A DNA stretch of 59,594 nucleotides, the filler included. It is 9 parts of 9 records of this genome, joined end to end, with 100 filler letters (N's around TTAATTAATTAA, not from the genome) between each part and the next. Parts side by side here need not be neighbours in the genome. Positions count along the whole stretch, not along the records: positions 7,178 to 12,308 come from SRR31147125_289349; positions 12,409 to 18,730 come from SRR31147125_289423; positions 18,831 to 24,023 come from SRR31147125_289466; 6 more parts are not named here. The stretch is one strand, 5' to 3'. The notes under the pieces are model-generated. The model worked only from the letters and a program-made list of their open reading frames with translations, was not told where the DNA came from and did no database searches. The position numbers and the translations under genes are program-made. This document shows, piece by piece, positions 10,622 to 21,158 of this stretch. Position 1 is the stretch's first letter. Each line of letters begins with the position of its first letter.

Positions 10622-11527
10622 ATGACTCGCGTATTCAAACCGTTGATGGTTGTTCTGCTGTGGCTGGCCCTTTGGCCGGGCATGGCGCTGGCCGATTCCG
10701 TGGCCATCCTGGTCGACAATGTGCCGATCACCCAGACGCAGATCAGCCAGCGGGCGAAACTGCTGCAACTCGAGCGGCGCGGCAACAGCAATTCGCAGCG
10801 CCTCACGCTGGCCCGCGAAGAGCTGATCGACGATACCGTGCAACTGGCCGAAGCCGAACGCCGGGGCATCGCGATTTCCAAAAGCCAGGTCGACAACGCC
10901 TTTACCAGCGTTGCACGCAACCTGAAGATGAGCCCGAACAAGCTCACGCAGGTGCTCAATTCCAATGGCGTGAACACCGATACGCTGCGTGACCGGCTTG
11001 AGGCGAGCCTGGCCTGGCAGCAGGTCGTGCAGGCGGTGGTGCGGTCCAAGGTATCGCTGTCGAACGCCGATCTTGACCAGAAGGCCGAAGCCGCGCTGGA
11101 CGAAAGCGAGAGTTTCGATTTCCTGCTCAAGGAAGTACGTTTTCTGGTGCTGGACAAGTCGTCGGTCAAAAAGCGGACCGCCGAAGCCAATCAATACCGG
11201 CGCAGCTTCCAGGGCTGCGACACGGCGGTCGAACTGTCGCTGTCCTATACCGATGCGGCGGTGATTGATGTCGGGCGCCGGCACGCGACGCAAATGCCGG
11301 ATGCGATTGCCGAGGAACTGCTGCAACTTCAGGTTGGGGGCATCACCAAGCCGCGCGTCATCGAGAGCGGCGTGTCGATGCTGGCGGTGTGCACCAAGAC
11401 CGCGGCGCGGGACCTCAGCTTCGTCAAGCAGAAGCTGCAGCAGCAAGAAGGCAGCGACCAGATGCAGACGCTGGCCAAGGAATATCTCGCCGAACTGCGT
11501 CAGCGCGCCAACATCGTTAGCCAATAG
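10622..11527 (+). CDS. surA: SurA-family periplasmic chaperone/PPIase
   Basis: Signal peptide, VDNVPIT, EAERRGI, YLAELRQRANI; conserved lptD-surA-pdxA order. Confidence 0.88.
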   Translation: MTRVFKPLMVVLLWLALWPGMALADSVAILVDNVPITQTQISQRAKLLQLERRGNSNSQRLTLAREELIDDTVQLAEAERRGIAISKSQVDNAFTSVARNLKMSPNKLTQVLNSNGVNTDTLRDRLEASLAWQQVVQAVVRSKVSLSNADLDQKAEAALDESESFDFLLKEVRFLVLDKSSVKKRTAEANQYRRSFQGCDTAVELSLSYTDAAVIDVGRRHATQMPDAIAEELLQLQVGGITKPRVIESGVSMLAVCTKTAARDLSFVKQKLQQQEGSDQMQTLAKEYLAELRQRANIVSQ

Positions 11528-11536
11528 GCATTGGGC

Positions 11537-12308
11537 ATGGCGGGCAGGAAACAGCCACCACTGGCAGTCACCATGGGCGAACCGGCGGGGATCGGGCCCG
11601 ACCTGATCCTGATGCTCTACGCCCAGCGCAAGCGGCTCAAACTGCCGCCGTTCGCGGTGTTCGGACATGCCGGCTTTCTCGCGGCGCGGGCGGTGCGGCT
11701 GGCGCTGGATGTCCCGGTCGAAGAGGTCGGGATCGACAAGGCGCGCAAGACATTCAAGAAGGCCCTGCCGGTTATTCAGGTCGGCAGCGCAGTCAACGAC
11801 GTGCCCGGCACCCCGACGCCGGAAACCGCGCCGGCGGTGCTTGAGGCGATCGAACGCGCGGTCGGCGAGACTTTGGCGGGGGAACCCGCGCGGTTGTTAC
11901 GGCGCCGATTCACAAGGGCGCGCTCTATGCGGCCGGTTTTCCGCATCCGGGTCACACCGAATATCTGGCGGCGCTGTGCGCGGCCGGGGGCGATCCGGCG
12001 TTGCCGGTGATGATGCTGGCCGACGAGGAATTGCGCGTGGTGCCGGTGACGATCCATGAGCCGCTGGCCAGAGTGCCCGAATTGGTGAATACGCAGCTGG
12101 TGGTGCGCACCGGGCGGATCGTGGTCGAGGATTTGCAGCGGCGGTTCGGTATCGCGCAGCCGCGCTTGGCGGTCGCCGGGCTCAACCCACATGCGGGCGA
12201 AGACGGGGGCATCGGCACCGAGGATCGCGAAACCATTGCCCCGGCGGTTGCGCTTTTGCAGCGCGACGGGATCGCGGTGGACGGGCCGCTGCCGGCCGAT
12301 ACCCTTTT
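11537..12308 (+). CDS. pdxA: 4-hydroxythreonine-4-phosphate dehydrogenase PdxA (3' truncated; 1-nt deletion near 11883)
   Basis: VTMGEPAGIGPD; after the frame switch VVTAPIHK...GHTEYLA...PVMML...GLNPHAGE...GPLPADTL. Confidence 0.93.
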
Positions 12309-12408
12309 NNNNNNNNNNNNNNNNNNNNNNNNNNNNNNNNNNNNNNNNNNNNTTAATTAATTAANNNNNNNNNNNNNNNNNNNNNNNNNNNNNNNNNNNN
12401 NNNNNNNN

Positions 12409-15400
12409 TTTTCGTGATGACGAGAGTGCAGCCCGAGATGATGACGAGTTGGGCCCAGCCACTGTTCGCCTGGGAGGGGCACAGGATACACGCATACGGG
12501 GCACAAAGTATGTCGGGTCTCTCGGGTTCTTCTCCCTCGTCCCCATGCATGCGACAATATTAGGCTCCCTATCGAGATTCTCGAAGCACACGGGGCTGGA
12601 GAGATTGATACTGAGGTATCTGCGCCTCTCCAGAGCTGGGATATTGGGAGAAGACCACCAGAGCGGGATGCATTTGGACGCGAAGAGGTTCCGTGATGGA
12701 ATCAGGGTCATTTTGCCGAATCACTCAACACATGCACACCCTCTTTCAAGGTTTTGAGCATTCACGAAGGGGAAGATCTTATACCACCGCCTGGACTTCT
12801 CAAGATTCGCGGTATCTGGGGAGTGATTAGAATTCGCAAAGACTTATTGTTCTCTTGTGGCAGTGGTCAAGGCACGAAGGCTTCAAAGTCCTCAAGCATT
12901 GGCCGAAAAGGTTATCCATGGCGAACGTACGGTCTTGAGACTGTGTTTGTTCGTATCTATTGACTTCTGAACTGCAGAGGAACCTTCTGTGGACTCGTAC
13001 GTGCGCGTGCGAGTGGGACCCTTCACACAGCGGACGGAGTTTGTTCCAAGCAGTGGCACGGAGACATACTGGGATGCCGGGATGCAGTTGTGCGTTCTCG
13101 TTGGTTTTCGGGGAGGGGAGAGAGAGAGAGAGAGAGGGATCTTAGAAGAGCATTAGTGCAATTCTGGAGGACGGCAGTACCCAGACCGTGCAACTGAGTG
13201 TGTGGAGTGGCAGTGTTGTTGCCGTACGTATATAGGAAAGGAGGACGCCGGTCTCATACCGCCATTCCTTGTAGCGAGACGAGTTTGTGGGAGAGACCTC
13301 TATTCCTATTGGCTATTTGCTTGGCAGAAGTGCGGCTGATGGAATCTTCGACGAGTGGGTTCCCATTCGGACACGGTCAGGACATCGAAAGGTGCAAGCG
13401 ACGCACATCTTTGCGTGTATTGAAATGTGGCAGATGGGAGAAATCAACATCGTGTCCACATTTCTCGCCAAAGAGTACGAAGTGAAAGTGGAAGAGGAGA
13501 AGGGGGGAGAGGGGGAGGAGGAGGAGGAAGAGACCCTACCCCAGTCTGGAACGCTGACCATCCGAGGTTTGTTGATCCTTTTCCCTGACAAGTTACACCA
13601 TCCTCATTCCTTCGCTTCAGTTGTGAAGGGACGCAACTTGCGTGACAAGTCCTTTACAGGTACAACACTTCCGCTGTCATCAAAGTCTCCATTGCCCACG
13701 TTGACTGTACTCAGGGCATCTATCTCCGTTTGTACGAGCGAATCTCCTGGGAACGGAGAAACAAACTAATCCCGATGTGAATGGAAGCGTGAACCCACGT
13801 TGGGACAGTGTTCTAGAGTTGTGCGTGTATCCAATGGGAACCGGCTGCTGCTGCTTATCCTACGAGCAGTTTGCTGGATCAGGATGATGGATTCCCCAAT
13901 CTCTTGTTCAGTGTGTGGGATCGCGACCAACGCGACAAGGTGCTGGGGGGGGTGCTTCGCCTTTGCTGAGGGTGGTTAATGCGGCATTAGAATGATCTGC
14001 TGGGCGAACATCTCTTCAGTACAAAGGACTTGATTCAATGCGTCCACATGGCTGAGTGGTTGCCGTTGTTGACGCGGAACCAGAAACCCACGGGCGAAAT
14101 CTTTGCTATTATGGATTTCGTCCCCTCAAAGGTCACGTCACGGTGTGATTGACTCTTCAGAACCTGACGGACACATGGACAACTTAGGAACCCACACTTG
14201 CGGATATGATACCCGAGGTGAGACCTCCAAAGGTGGCGCCCCCCAAGGACTACACAGGGATCGTGCGCGTGCGGGGTGTGTAGACAAGGCGCTAGTCCTC
14301 CTCGGATTGATGGCTAACGGTTTGGTGATCAGTCATTCAAGCACGCAATCTTCACGGGGAGAATGCGACCGGTACGAACGAATGTGCTTGCCTTGCCTGC
14401 CTGCCTGCCTGCCTGACTGACTGAATTCCCCACAGGGACCCTGAATCCGTTTGTTCGCTTACGAGTGGGAAAGGTTAAGAAACAGACAGTTGCCATGTGG
14501 AGTGCCTCGGGCGAGCCTCGTTGGGACACAACATTCGATGTGTACGGGACATATCCTGCTTCTTCTCTTCCTGATAGGAATCCATCATGCAGTCGTGTCT
14601 ATCACGATGTAGGATTAGGGCAAATGGAGATTACCGTTTGGGATACTGACCTCTTTGCTGAAGACAATTTGATCGGGGAGGCCCTTCTTAACTTGATAGA
14701 TGTGTTCGTTTGGGTCTCCTTTTTCTTGGGTGGCTTGTGTGTTGATTTGAGTTGCTGGCGTCCCAGATACACTATCCCACACTATCGTGAGTGGATTCAA
14801 CTTCGAGACAAGAAGGCACAGCTCTCGGGAGAGGTACAGCACTCTTGCGATGCGTGAGCGTGTGAACACAATGGCTGGACAGGTTCTTTTGGAACTGGAG
14901 TTCACATCTGATCTGAAGTTGATCGCGGAACAAGAGGTTTGCTGTGTGTTGTCGGATGACCACACAGTCTTCTCAACGTATTCACAGGAGAAGATGGCCA
15001 AGTCAGAAGCGATGCGCAAAGCAGCGGAAGTGGCACGCAAGGTACGATTGTGTGTGTGTGTGTGTGTGTATGTAGGCCCTACATCCCTAAATGGCTGTTG
15101 GGAAGACGGAAGAGGGAGTGAATTTGATCGAACCGGCTGTCGTGACGGATGGAGGTGGATTCTTGAAGATTCTTGGTGCGTTGGTCGCGCTGATATGCAT
15201 GCACCAACAAGACGTGGCGACAGCGGTGAAAGCCAGAGAGTTGCCTGGCGAGGACAGTGGTTTGTATACATTTGTTGGGGGAGGGGCCGATCCTTCTTAT
15301 CATCCCCGCGTAGACAAGATGAGTCCGCTGGTGAAGTTTCGTCTGGGGAAGGATCGACGAAAGACCGATCCGTGCTTCAGTGGCGGAACGCATCCTCAGT

Positions 15401-17385
15401 GGGATGCTGGGGTCGAATTGTACGTCCACAAGGGGGTGGGGGTGAGGGCAATGTGTCCCTCGCCCTTGTCGAGATGCCCACATGTGTTGGACCCAGCCAC
15501 ATCACAGGAGACGCAGGGAGTTCGATTCTGGAATTCAGTGTATGTAATCACGATGCCCTCGGTGACAAGGTACCCCTTATCCTGTTTATGGGAGGGAGTT
15601 CTTACGTGTGTTAGGATGTGTTGGTGAGCGAAAGCTTGTTTCCCGTCAAGAAGTTGAAGAATACTCGTGGCCTGTATGTTCCACTGATTGTTTGCATCAC
15701 CGCTCACTTTTGCCCAGTTTTGAAGACTGGATTGAGCTAGTGGACAAGAACGGGGAGCCTGGTGGTACGTTTGGGTATATATTGTCTCGTGCACACATCA
15801 CTTATCCCCCTTGTCCAGGCGAATTGCTTCTTCGTCTTTCGTTCACCTCAACAAAGGAAGCAGAACTCCTGTCGGCGAGACGAAAGGTTTTGGGTGTGGA
15901 CGTGGCGACACTTGAATTGAAGGAGTTGTTGCTTGTACGATACATTGGACACTATGGTCAGGTGTGTACCCCATGCGACGGAGATTCTCGATTTCCGAAA
16001 TGTGTAAGCAGGTTACTGTGCCAAGAGATGATCTCCAGAATGCACTTCGTGACGGGACTGTCTTGTGTCGTATGGCCAATGGCATGTTGGTGTGTGAGGT
16101 CCCTTCCTTTGCATGTGTACGAATTCACACATCATCTTCCCATTAGCCCAAGATTGTACCTCGTGTCATCACTTTTCCGAAACCCCTTCGGTTGCGAAAT
16201 ATGCGTGAGAACGTTCGCAACTTTCTTCACGCCTGCCGGTGCATTGTGCCCCTCATTTGCTGAAGGTTTTTTAATCCTCCTTTCCTTTTCAGGTCTGTGG
16301 GTGTAGGAAATGCTGATCTCTTTGAACCTGGAGATTTGCTGCACGATAAGAATTGGCCCTTGGTGATCCACTGCTGTCTTGTGATGATCGAAAAGGCTGG
16401 AAAGGAGGTAGGCCGGAAAGGGGGAAAAGGAAAGACGGAACGGGACGGGACGTGACCTACGTTTGTTTCCCTTCAGGTGAAGGCTGGTATGTTTCATGAA
16501 CCAGCCCCCACGCCCGCCACCAGCGCCGTTCGGGAAATGCTTGATCAGAAAATGAAACCCGCGACAGTACCCTTTGATGCAGCTGGACCCAGGGGACCGA
16601 TGCTGGTGGTGTCACTTCCTGATTTGTCTCGCATGACAGAGATGATTCGTGTGCTCGAACAACAGGGAGCATCCTTACGCACAAGAGTTGAGGAGTTGGA
16701 GCACGGTACGGCCCCATCCCTGCTGCAACGAACCACCGCGCTTTGACCCAGATCCAGTTAATGCAGCCCTTTCTGTGGCACTGAGGAGGCGGTTGGCTGG
16801 ATTGGAAAGCGAGGTGGGGGCGTGTGCCTCTCCCGTCCACAGTTGTCTAATCTCGAGGGATAGCTTTGTGTGTTCAAACGAACAAAAGGAGCCAAGACAG
16901 CATCCAAATACCCACGTCTGGCACACTATGTGGAACTAGACGACACATTCACCTGGGTTTGTGGGATTGATGTGCTTGTTGTGTGTATTCATCCCTTCTC
17001 TTAGTTGATTGGGAAAGAATTGGCACGATCTCGCCTTTTATGGGAGGCTGAAGTCTCTACATTGCGCGAGGCGACGCTAACACGTCGTCATCGTCTGGAA
17101 ACACAACGAGATACTGCATTGGGGGATTTGGCTGGTGTTGCCGAGGTGCATTTGCCTTTTCCATTTCGATAAGATCGCCTCTGATCTTATTTTTGTGAAA
17201 GACCTTTCACCATCTCATCACCTCTGCCGGAGAAGTCATGACAGGAGGTGAAGAACTCGGTCAGTTGTCTGTTGTAACTTCTACGTGCTTAGAGAAAGGT
17301 GTGAGACGTGATGGTTCGTTGTGGATCCTCTTCTCTGACAGATCGATCCGATGCAGTTCGGGATCTTAGCCATTCCTTGGTCTAG
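12409..17385 (+). CDS. Eukaryotic spliced gene (5' truncated, about 35 GT-AG introns): at least four C2 domains, a calponin-homology domain and a coiled-coil tail
   Basis: Hand splicing gives one open frame: GLLKIRVVKARRL..DSYVRVRVG..DEFVGETSIPI; GTLTIRVVKGRNLRD..NPRWD..VWDRD..DLLGE; GIVRVRVIQARNL..NPFVRLRVG..VWDTD..DNLIGE; GFLKILAVKARELP..HPQWD; CH: ALRDGTVLCRMAN..ENVRNFLHACR..LFEPGDL. Stop TAG at 17383-17385. Confidence 0.85.
13118..13137 (+). repeat. (GA)n microsatellite in an intron; also (GCCT)n at ~14395-14415 and (TG)n at ~15049-15069
   Basis: Simple repeats seen directly; all fall inside predicted introns. Confidence 0.85.
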
Positions 17386-17495
17386 CACCCTCTCTCTGCT
17401 TTGTAAAAGACTTCTACGGGATGTCCTCTCCGATCCACAGTGATAGCCAAGGGTGGAAGACCTCCATCTCACCATTCCTCCTCCTCTCCAGCACC

Positions 17496-18261
17496 ATGGC
17501 ACGAGTCTACGTGGATATGGTAGCAGGTGTGGTGGCATTGCACAGCGTGTGGGGTGTGGGGTGCGGGTGGGGAGAGACTGAACGATCTGGCTGTCCTCGC
17601 ATGGGAACACAGACCTATTTCACTTTGGGCACATGGAATTCCTCCGCAAGGCCAAGGAGAAGGGAGACTTTCTTATTGGTGAACAAGGGAGTGGGAGGGG
17701 CACGTGCGAAGCGTCATGACTCCTTTTGACCCTCCAGTGGGAGTTTGTCGTGATGAGGACTGTGTGGACTACAAGCGACGACCTGTCATGACACTAGACG
17801 AACGCGTTAAGAGGTAGGCCGTCGTCCCTATGCTGGCATGCATGACCGGTATCTCGTTTCTCCTTCTTTCAGTGTACAAGGATGCCGTTATGTGGATGAA
17901 GTGGTCCCTGGATGCCCGTTCAAGGTGACAAAGGAGTTCATCCTGGCAAATCGTATTGATCTTGTGATCCACGGCGATGACATGGACTGGGACACGCTAT
18001 GCCTTTACTACAAGGTACGATATGAATGTGGTGTTGTGTGTACGGGACGAATCAACACACGAACCACAGGAAGCGATGGATCTCGGAGTTTTCATGACTG
18101 TCCCGTACGTGTTTGGACTTGGTCTTGTGTTTCATGTGGATATGTGGATAATCCACCGTAGATATACCACGGCCATCAGCACATCGAAGTTGTTGGCTCG
18201 GATTTTTTTCAGGGAGGACGAGTTGCGGCGGAATGCACGAACGGATATGCAGAATTGTTGA
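17496..18261 (+). CDS. Single-domain cytidylyltransferase (HxGH family), 6 exons, 149 aa
   Basis: Exons 17496-17526, 17613-17678, 17738-17813, 17873-18014, 18070-18104, 18162-18261 give MARVYVDMVADLFHFGH...YKRRPVMTLDERV...CRYVDEVV...IHGDD...YTTAISTS. Kozak context CACCATGG. Confidence 0.9.
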
Positions 18262-18830
18262 TAGCATATATTTCTCATGATTATCTTGCCTTTTAAGGAA
18301 GTCGTGATTATTTGGAGATATACTTTTCTATCCTTCCTTGCTCTCTTCCTTTCTCCTCTCCTCTCCTCTCCCCAACGCTCCATTCCACGTGCACACATGA
18401 CTTCACCACACACAGAAACTCCAGAACTCGACGAGGACACCAACACTACACCCAGGTTCCTTTCTTCTGTCTTCCTCTTCTTTGCACCAATGTCACACGG
18501 GTCGGTGGGAAAAAAGGGACGACCCTGAGAACTGCGACAGTGGAGGAGGGAACGACGATGGATGTGAGATTGAGGGAAACCCCTTCGCACAACGTGACCG
18601 TGAGGATCTGGCACGACGCCCCTGGGTGTTCGTCGAGCTTCTTCTTGTGTCTATGTTTATTAACTTTGACAGTGGGGCCCTTCCGGTGCGTAAACGCCCT
18701 TGTCTTGCCCGTGTGCTGAATGGGTCGTGTNNNNNNNNNNNNNNNNNNNNNNNNNNNNNNNNNNNNNNNNNNNNTTAATTAATTAANNNNNNNNNNNNNN
18801 NNNNNNNNNNNNNNNNNNNNNNNNNNNNNN

Positions 18831-19426
18831 ATTTCGGGCGAGTGCAGCAGGGAGGCCGCGATCTCACAACGGATGCGCTGACCCAGGGAGAGCTTGCGGA
18901 CCGGCTGCTGCAGGTAATCCCCAATCTCGAACTCATCACGCAGCTCCCTGATACGCTGCTCGGTCAGGGCGGAAGGCATGCCGTAGATTGCGCCCAGAAG
19001 GCGGAATGAGTCGATGGGTGGCAGGTGAAACCAGAGTTGACTTTTCTGGCCGAACACGGTTCCGATTTTGTGTGATATACGCTTCCGGTCGCGATGGGGA
19101 TTGGAACCCAGCAGGGTGATGGAGCCGCTGTCCGGGAAGAGAATCCCGGTAATCAGCTTGATGGTGGTCGATTTACCAGCCCCGTTGGGACCGATGAAGG
19201 CCAGCATCTCACCCCGTTCCACGGAAAAACTGATATCATCGACGGCCTTTATCTCCACCATCTGGCGCCTGGGAATCTTGACTGCGTTTGCGGCACCAGT
19301 CGAAGCAGGGGCTGTCTGCACATTTGCATCAACCTTTGCGGCAGCTTCAAGAGCCTGTCCGGCAGTTTTTCTTCTGCGAGTGCGAAATGTCTTGCTGAGC
19401 CGTTCCACTGTCAATATCGATTCCAT
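18831..19426 (-). CDS. ABC transporter ATP-binding protein, NatA/DrrA-like (3' truncated)
   Basis: GPNGAGKST, VFGQKSQLWFHLP, LSLGQRIRCEIAASLLHSPE. SD AGGAGG before the ATG at 19426. Confidence 0.92.
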
Positions 19427-19461
19427 CTCATCCTCCTGGAACATTGATTCCAAAAAACGAT

Positions 19462-19498
19462 AAAAAAAGCCCGTGAATCTGTGTATGATCCACGGGCT
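19462..19498 (-). terminator. Intrinsic terminator in the 5' leader of the ABC gene (attenuator)
   Basis: Minus strand AGCCCGUGGAUC-auacaca-GAUUCACGGGCU (12 bp, one GU) followed by a U-tract, ending ~35 nt before the ABC start. Confidence 0.85.
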
Positions 19499-19501
19499 GT
19501 A

Positions 19502-19540
19502 TCAGCTAATATAGTATATACTTATACTGATTCCATCCAT
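19502..19540 (-). CDS. Putative 12-aa leader peptide MDGISISIYYIS
   Basis: SD GGAAGGTG 5 nt before ATG; TGA lies 3 nt before the terminator stem. Confidence 0.6.
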   Translation of the reverse strand: MDGISISIYYIS

Positions 19541-19820
19541 GGATGCACCTTCCGGAAAATCGGCGACGACACAAATAATCTGGACCTGGGCATAGGTACC
19601 GGTTAGCGCGGCGGCGTTGAGATTTTCATTGTTGCATTCGATGTATTCATCAGCATGCTATAGGTATATATCAGGTTCAGCGCTATGGCAAGTGCTTTCC
19701 TGCCGGATTTTGCAGAATTTGATGAAAATTGCAGGGTGATGTTACCCGTACGTCCGAGAATTGTTCTTGAAAGTGAAGCTCAACATAAACCATGCAAACG
19801 AATCATGCAGGAGATATAGT

Positions 19821-21134
19821 ATGAAAACTGTGCAGAGAAGGATAGTATTTGCGGTTCTGGTCCTGGTAATGATCCTGCAGGTTGGCTGTTCCATCTTCGG
19901 GGCTCCGACAGCTGACCGGGAGAAAGATGCCGACAATGATATGAAGCAGACCGCTGACGAGGTTAGCGCGGATGTGGAACGTATTGATGGAGCCGATGTA
20001 GCGGATGAACTGATCGGGACGGCGGCGCTGGGCATCAACCAATTTGGGATTGATCTTCTGGGCATGACTGATGCCGCGACCGAAAATGTGATGATTTCGC
20101 CCTACAGCATTATTCAGGCCCTCAGCATGACCTATGCCGGGGCAAGAGGAACCACTAGAACCGAGATGGAGCAGGTATTTCGCAATAGACTTGGGGATGA
20201 TATTCACACGGCGCTCAACGGGCTGGATTATCAACTTACCCATACGGCCCAGGACGATTTCACCCTGAATACGGCCAACTCGCTTTGGGGTCAGAAAAAT
20301 TTGGGATTTGACACCCGGTTTCTCCAGACACTGGCAGGCAGTTACGGGGCCGGGATGCGCCTGCTCGATTTTATCAACCAGCCGGAAGCGGGCAGGGTGA
20401 CGATCAACGACTGGGTCGAGGAGCAGACTGAGGAGAAGATCACCAACCTGATGCCGCCCGGATCCATCACCACCGATACACGTCTGGTATTGGCCAATGC
20501 GGTCTACTTCAAAGCGGCTTGGGAGAATGAATTCAGCCAGTACAATACCACGCAGCAGCCGTTCTATACACTGGACGGCAGCACGTATCTGACCGATATG
20601 ATGAACCAGGACGAGGGGATGGGATATGCTGCCGCGGATGACTGGCAACCGACAGGCGGCTGGCAGCTTGCGGAACTGCCCTATAAAGATCCGGGCTTTG
20701 TGATGGATGTCGTGGTTCCGGAAAACTTTCCGCAATTCATGTCCGCACTGACCTGGGAAACGCTGGACGCGATATTGGACGAGATTGCCTATACTCAGGT
20801 AGATATCACCTTGCCGAAATTTACGTTCGAGTGGGAAGATGGGCTGACCGGGCTGTTGGCGGAGATGGGTATGCCGACGGCCTTTACCACCAGGGCCGAT
20901 TTCAGCGCGATGACTCAGGAAGAGAAGCTCTACATTTCCGCGGTGCAGCATAAAACCTTTATTCAGGTTGATGAAGAGGGGACCGAGGCTGCCGCGGCCA
21001 CCGGAGTGGGGATGTCCATGACGATGATGCCTCCCGAACCGGTCTACTTCCGGGCCGACAGACCATTCCTGTTTGTGATTCGTGAACGGGAAAGTGGAGT
21101 GATGCTGTTTATCGGGACGGTTGTCGCGCCTTAA
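19821..21134 (+). CDS. Serpin, probable lipoprotein, inhibitory-type hinge
   Basis: LQVGC lipobox-like; NVMISPYSI, INDWVEEQTEEKI, NAVYFKAAW, LPKF, DEEGTEAAAAT, FRADRPFLFVI. Confidence 0.95.
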   Translation: MKTVQRRIVFAVLVLVMILQVGCSIFGAPTADREKDADNDMKQTADEVSADVERIDGADVADELIGTAALGINQFGIDLLGMTDAATENVMISPYSIIQALSMTYAGARGTTRTEMEQVFRNRLGDDIHTALNGLDYQLTHTAQDDFTLNTANSLWGQKNLGFDTRFLQTLAGSYGAGMRLLDFINQPEAGRVTINDWVEEQTEEKITNLMPPGSITTDTRLVLANAVYFKAAWENEFSQYNTTQQPFYTLDGSTYLTDMMNQDEGMGYAAADDWQPTGGWQLAELPYKDPGFVMDVVVPENFPQFMSALTWETLDAILDEIAYTQVDITLPKFTFEWEDGLTGLLAEMGMPTAFTTRADFSAMTQEEKLYISAVQHKTFIQVDEEGTEAAAATGVGMSMTMMPPEPVYFRADRPFLFVIRERESGVMLFIGTVVAP

Positions 21135-21158
21135 TGCAGATTGTCTGAGTACCTTTCT

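Noticed and set aside
12409-18261. Alternative genetic code or stop-codon reassignment in the fragmented contig
   Set aside because: All stops fall inside GT-AG introns; the spliced frames read in the standard code and end at TAG and TGA.
18312-18730. A third eukaryotic gene at the contig end
   Set aside because: Open frames exist on both strands but have no recognisable motif or consistent splice model.
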